Source of the DNA: Octopus bimaculoides
Taxonomy: Eukaryota
Reading direction: 5' to 3'
Length of the DNA stretch: 37,511 nucleotides
Assembly: GCF_001194135.2 (NCBI RefSeq)
Contig: NC_069002.1
Location: 31,002,642 to 31,040,152, forward strand
Shown: one piece after another, positions 34,257 to 37,511 of the stretch
How positions within the stretch are numbered: position 1 is the first letter of the stretch
Layout of the letters: each line of letters starts with the position of its first letter
Notes under the pieces: model-generated
What the model saw: only the letters and a program-made list of their open reading frames with translations
Database searches by the model: none
Told to the model about the DNA's origin: nothing
Position numbers and translations under genes: made by a program

Positions 34257-34575
34257 GTGAAGGCACGTGGCTTAGTGGTTAGGGCATTTGGCTCACGATC
34301 GTAAGGTCATGAGTTCAATTCCCGCCGACATGTGTCCTTGAGCAAGACACTTTATTTCACGTTGCTCTAGTCCCCTCAGCTGGCAAAAATGAGTAGTACC
34401 TGTATTTCAAAAGGCCAGCCTTGTCACACTCTGTGTCACGCTGAATCTTCCTGAGAACTACGTTAAGGATACACATGTCTGTGGAGTACTCAGCCACTTG
34501 CATGTTAATTTCACGAGCAAGCTGTTCTGTTGATTGTAGCAGCTGGGACCCTTGTCATCGTAACCGATGGAGTGC
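34257..34575 (+). mobile_element. Full-length tRNA-derived SINE (family D)
   Basis: A box tggcttagtgg, B box gagttcaattcc; tail shared with 662-850. Confidence 0.9.
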
Positions 34576-35398
34576 GCCTTAAAAAATACAACATTTATAA
34601 CAACATATATGGTTTTATATAACAACATGTACGGTTATTATATATACACTATGCATAAAGTTACACACACACACACAGACAGACACACATGGAATTGTTA
34701 TATGCACACTGTATATACTGATGTGTAAAAGCTCACTCCTGAAGGCTTGCTGTTATTCTATGACATCCAGTGATGGTAAGAACTGCATTAATATAAATTA
34801 AAAGTGTTTGATAATAAATTTATTGAAAGGGAGAAAAAAAAGAAACTAAGATGATGATGTTCCTTGTATTGTCCTTCATCTATTAGTCATTATTAGTGGT
34901 TGATATACGTTGGTGGAAGGGTTGGGCTGGAGGGTCAGCAACGAGGCGGAATGTTTCGAAGAGAATCCTGTAAACAAAGACTGACTGTGACTGTTGCTGC
35001 AGAGAAAAACGTGAGCCTTTGAGAGAGAGAGAGAGATAGAGATAGCGAGAGAGGGGGGAAGGGGAGTGGAGAGGGAGGGGGAGACAGAGGGAGGGGGAGA
35101 CAGAGAGAGGGGGAGAGGCAGGCAGACATTCAGGCAGACAGCAGGGGATTAGCATTAAAATGCTGTTTGGCTTTGTAATTGGATGGAAGCTATTGTGGTA
35201 TGGACACAGCAGTGAGTTTGTTGGACAAAATGGTGATTATCAAATATTAACTTTGGTCATTGTTGCTGGACAAACAGAGAAAAGAAATTTGAGAAGAGGG
35301 TTCTACACATTACCTATACACACATGCACACACACACACATATATATCTGAATATATACACATATATATATATAAACATATATATATATATATAAACA

Positions 35399-35436
<38 letters not shown>

Positions 35437-35599
35437 CATACATATACATTTATATATAGATATGTGTGTGTGCGTGTATATATACATATACATGCATATG
35501 TATATATATGTAAATGCTCATATATATAATCATACACACACTCACACACTCATCATACATACAGACACACACAGATACATAGATGTATGTATATGCATG

Positions 35600-35810
35600 T
35601 GTGTCAATCCAAACATGAACAAGCAAGAAAAAACAACAACGCGAGAATGTGGAATAAGTACAGTGTTATTGGACTCTCAAGAAAGGAAAGAAAAGAAAGA
35701 GGATTTCATGTTTCGAGCGGAGCTCTTCATCAGAAATATAGAAAAAGTCCAAAGAAGGGAAGACGGAGAAAGAAAATCGCCAACGATACACAGAATCACA
35801 TATTGAAAAA
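35600..35810 (-). mobile_element. Penelope-type terminal-repeat fragment with a minimal hammerhead-like motif (35703-35737)
   Basis: Minus strand: ATTT-CTGATGA-A-GAGC(TCC)GCTC-GAAAC-ATG-AAAT. Confidence 0.6.
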
Positions 35811-35826
35811 AAATGTATATGTGTGT

Positions 35827-36904
35827 CATCATCATCATCATTTAACGTCCGCTTGCCATGCTAGCATGGGTTGGACTATTTGACTGAGGACTGGTGAAAC
35901 CAGATGGCTACATCAGGCTCCAATCTGATTTGGCAGAATTTCTACAGCTGGGTGCCCTTCCTAACGCCAACCACTCTGGGAGTGTAGTGGGTGCTTTTAC
36001 ATGCCACCGGCACGAGGGCCAGTCAGGCAGCACTGGCAATGGCTACACTCAAAATGGTGTTTTTTTATGTGCCACCTGCACAGGAGTCAGTCCAACAGCA
36101 CTGGTAACGACTTCACTTGAATGATTTTCTAGTGTGCCACTGGCACAAGTGCCAGTAAGGCGACGTTGGTAACGACCACGCTCAAATGGTGCTATTTACG
36201 TGCCACTGGCATGGAAGCCAGACAGCTGCTCTGGCAATGATCACACTCAGACAGTGCTGTTAGTACTCCACTGGCACAGGTGCCAGTCATCAAATATGGT
36301 TCAATTACGATTTCGATTTCACTTGCCCCAACAGGTCTTCACAAGCAGAGTTTAGTGTCCAATGAAGGATAGGTTGGCATGGATGCCAGTCATCGAATTT
36401 AGTTTGATTTCAATTTCACTTGCCTCAACAGGTCTTTGCAATCAGAGTTTAGTGTTCAATGAAGTAAAGATACAAATAAATGAGATGGCTCTGGTCACTA
36501 GTCATTGTCTCGGTGAGGCCTAATGTTCGAAGGTCTTGCTTCACCACCTCATCCCAGGTTTTCCTGGGTCTACCTCTTCCACAGGTTCCCTTAACCGTTA
36601 GGGTGTGGCACTTTTTCACACAACTATCCTCATCCATTCTCGCCAAATGACCATACCAGCGCAATCGTCTCTCTTACACACCACAACTGATGCTTCTTAG
36701 GTTCAACTTTTTTTCTCAAGGTACTTACACTCTGTCTAGTATGCACAGTGACATTACACATCCAGCGGAGCATACTGGTTTCATTCCTTGCAAGCTTACG
36801 CATGTCCTCAGCAGTCATGGCCCATGTTTCACTGCCATGTAGCATGGCTGTTCATACACATGTGTCATACAGTCTACCTTTTACTCCGAGTGAGAGGACC
36901 TTTG
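35827..36904 (-). mobile_element. RTE-clade LINE 3' end (end of RT ORF, 3'UTR and (GAT)n tail)
   Basis: LSL.VKGRLYDTCV*TAMLHGSETWAMTAEDMRKLARNETSMLRWMC.. / LRWYGHLARMDEDSCVKK..G.CGRGRPRKTW; frameshift and stop present; (CAT)n at 35827-35841. Confidence 0.9.
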
Positions 36905-36914
36905 NNNNNNNNNN

Positions 36915-36962
<48 letters not shown>

Positions 36963-37293
36963 AAATCGCTGATGTGGCCGATGACAGTACCGCCTGATTG
37001 GCATATGTCCATATGTGTGCATACAAGCAAGTGTTCATATGCAAGGGTCTATACATACATATACATACACACACACACACATATATATGCACATGCACAC
37101 ACACATACACATATAAATATGAGTATCATATATATATATTTGCATATATATATATAAGTATATATATATTTATAGATATCACATATATATAAATATATAT
37201 ATGTATATATATATATATATATACATACATATATATATATATACATACATATATATATATATATATTATGATTTTATATATCATATATATATA

Positions 37294-37329
<36 letters not shown>

Positions 37330-37505
37330 ATATGTATGTATATATATGCATGTGTATATTTATGAGTGCATACATATGTATACGTGCATGTGTGTGTGTG
37401 TGGGAGCATATGCACAGAAGTGTACATGCAAAAGTGCAAATGTTTTTTTCTACAGAGGTTGTTATATAACAGATCCGCATGTTGCAGCCGTATATATATA
37501 TAGGT
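36915..37505. repeat. (TA)/(CA)/(TG) compound microsatellite region
   Basis: Directly visible; similar tracts at 11235-11420, 14273-14465, 15975-16215 and 35320-35600. Confidence 0.9.
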
Positions 37506-37511
37506 GAGTAC

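Overview
AT-rich, repeat-dense animal genomic DNA with several N gaps. The SINE/MITE/RTE repeat complement and the synaptotagmin sequence point to a coleoid cephalopod, most likely Octopus (inference). It is not prokaryotic and has no CRISPR array. Main contents: (1) the last coding exon of synaptotagmin-1 (+, 10753-10938; C2B C-terminal half), followed by about 8 kb of AT-rich DNA with no recognisable transposon, probably a very long 3'UTR; (2) a decayed intronless PP2C (PPM1A/B-like) retrocopy on the minus strand inside the last Syt1 intron, split by a SINE with a 14-bp TSD and a 43-bp hairpin insert with an 8-bp TSD; (3) five phase-compatible minus-strand exons (30714 to 24140) encoding the C-terminal ~170 aa of an unidentified protein missed by the ORF track, convergent with Syt1; (4) many mobile elements: tRNA-derived SINEs, TTAA piggyBac-type MITEs, a hAT MITE, a deleted mariner, RTE LINE 3' fragments and a Helentron/DINE-1-like insertion; (5) two Penelope-type hammerhead-ribozyme-like motifs, one within a 300-bp near-perfect palindrome; (6) a pre-miRNA-like hairpin in the putative Syt1 3'UTR, and several mini- and microsatellites. 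Most listed ORFs are microsatellite or N-gap artefacts.
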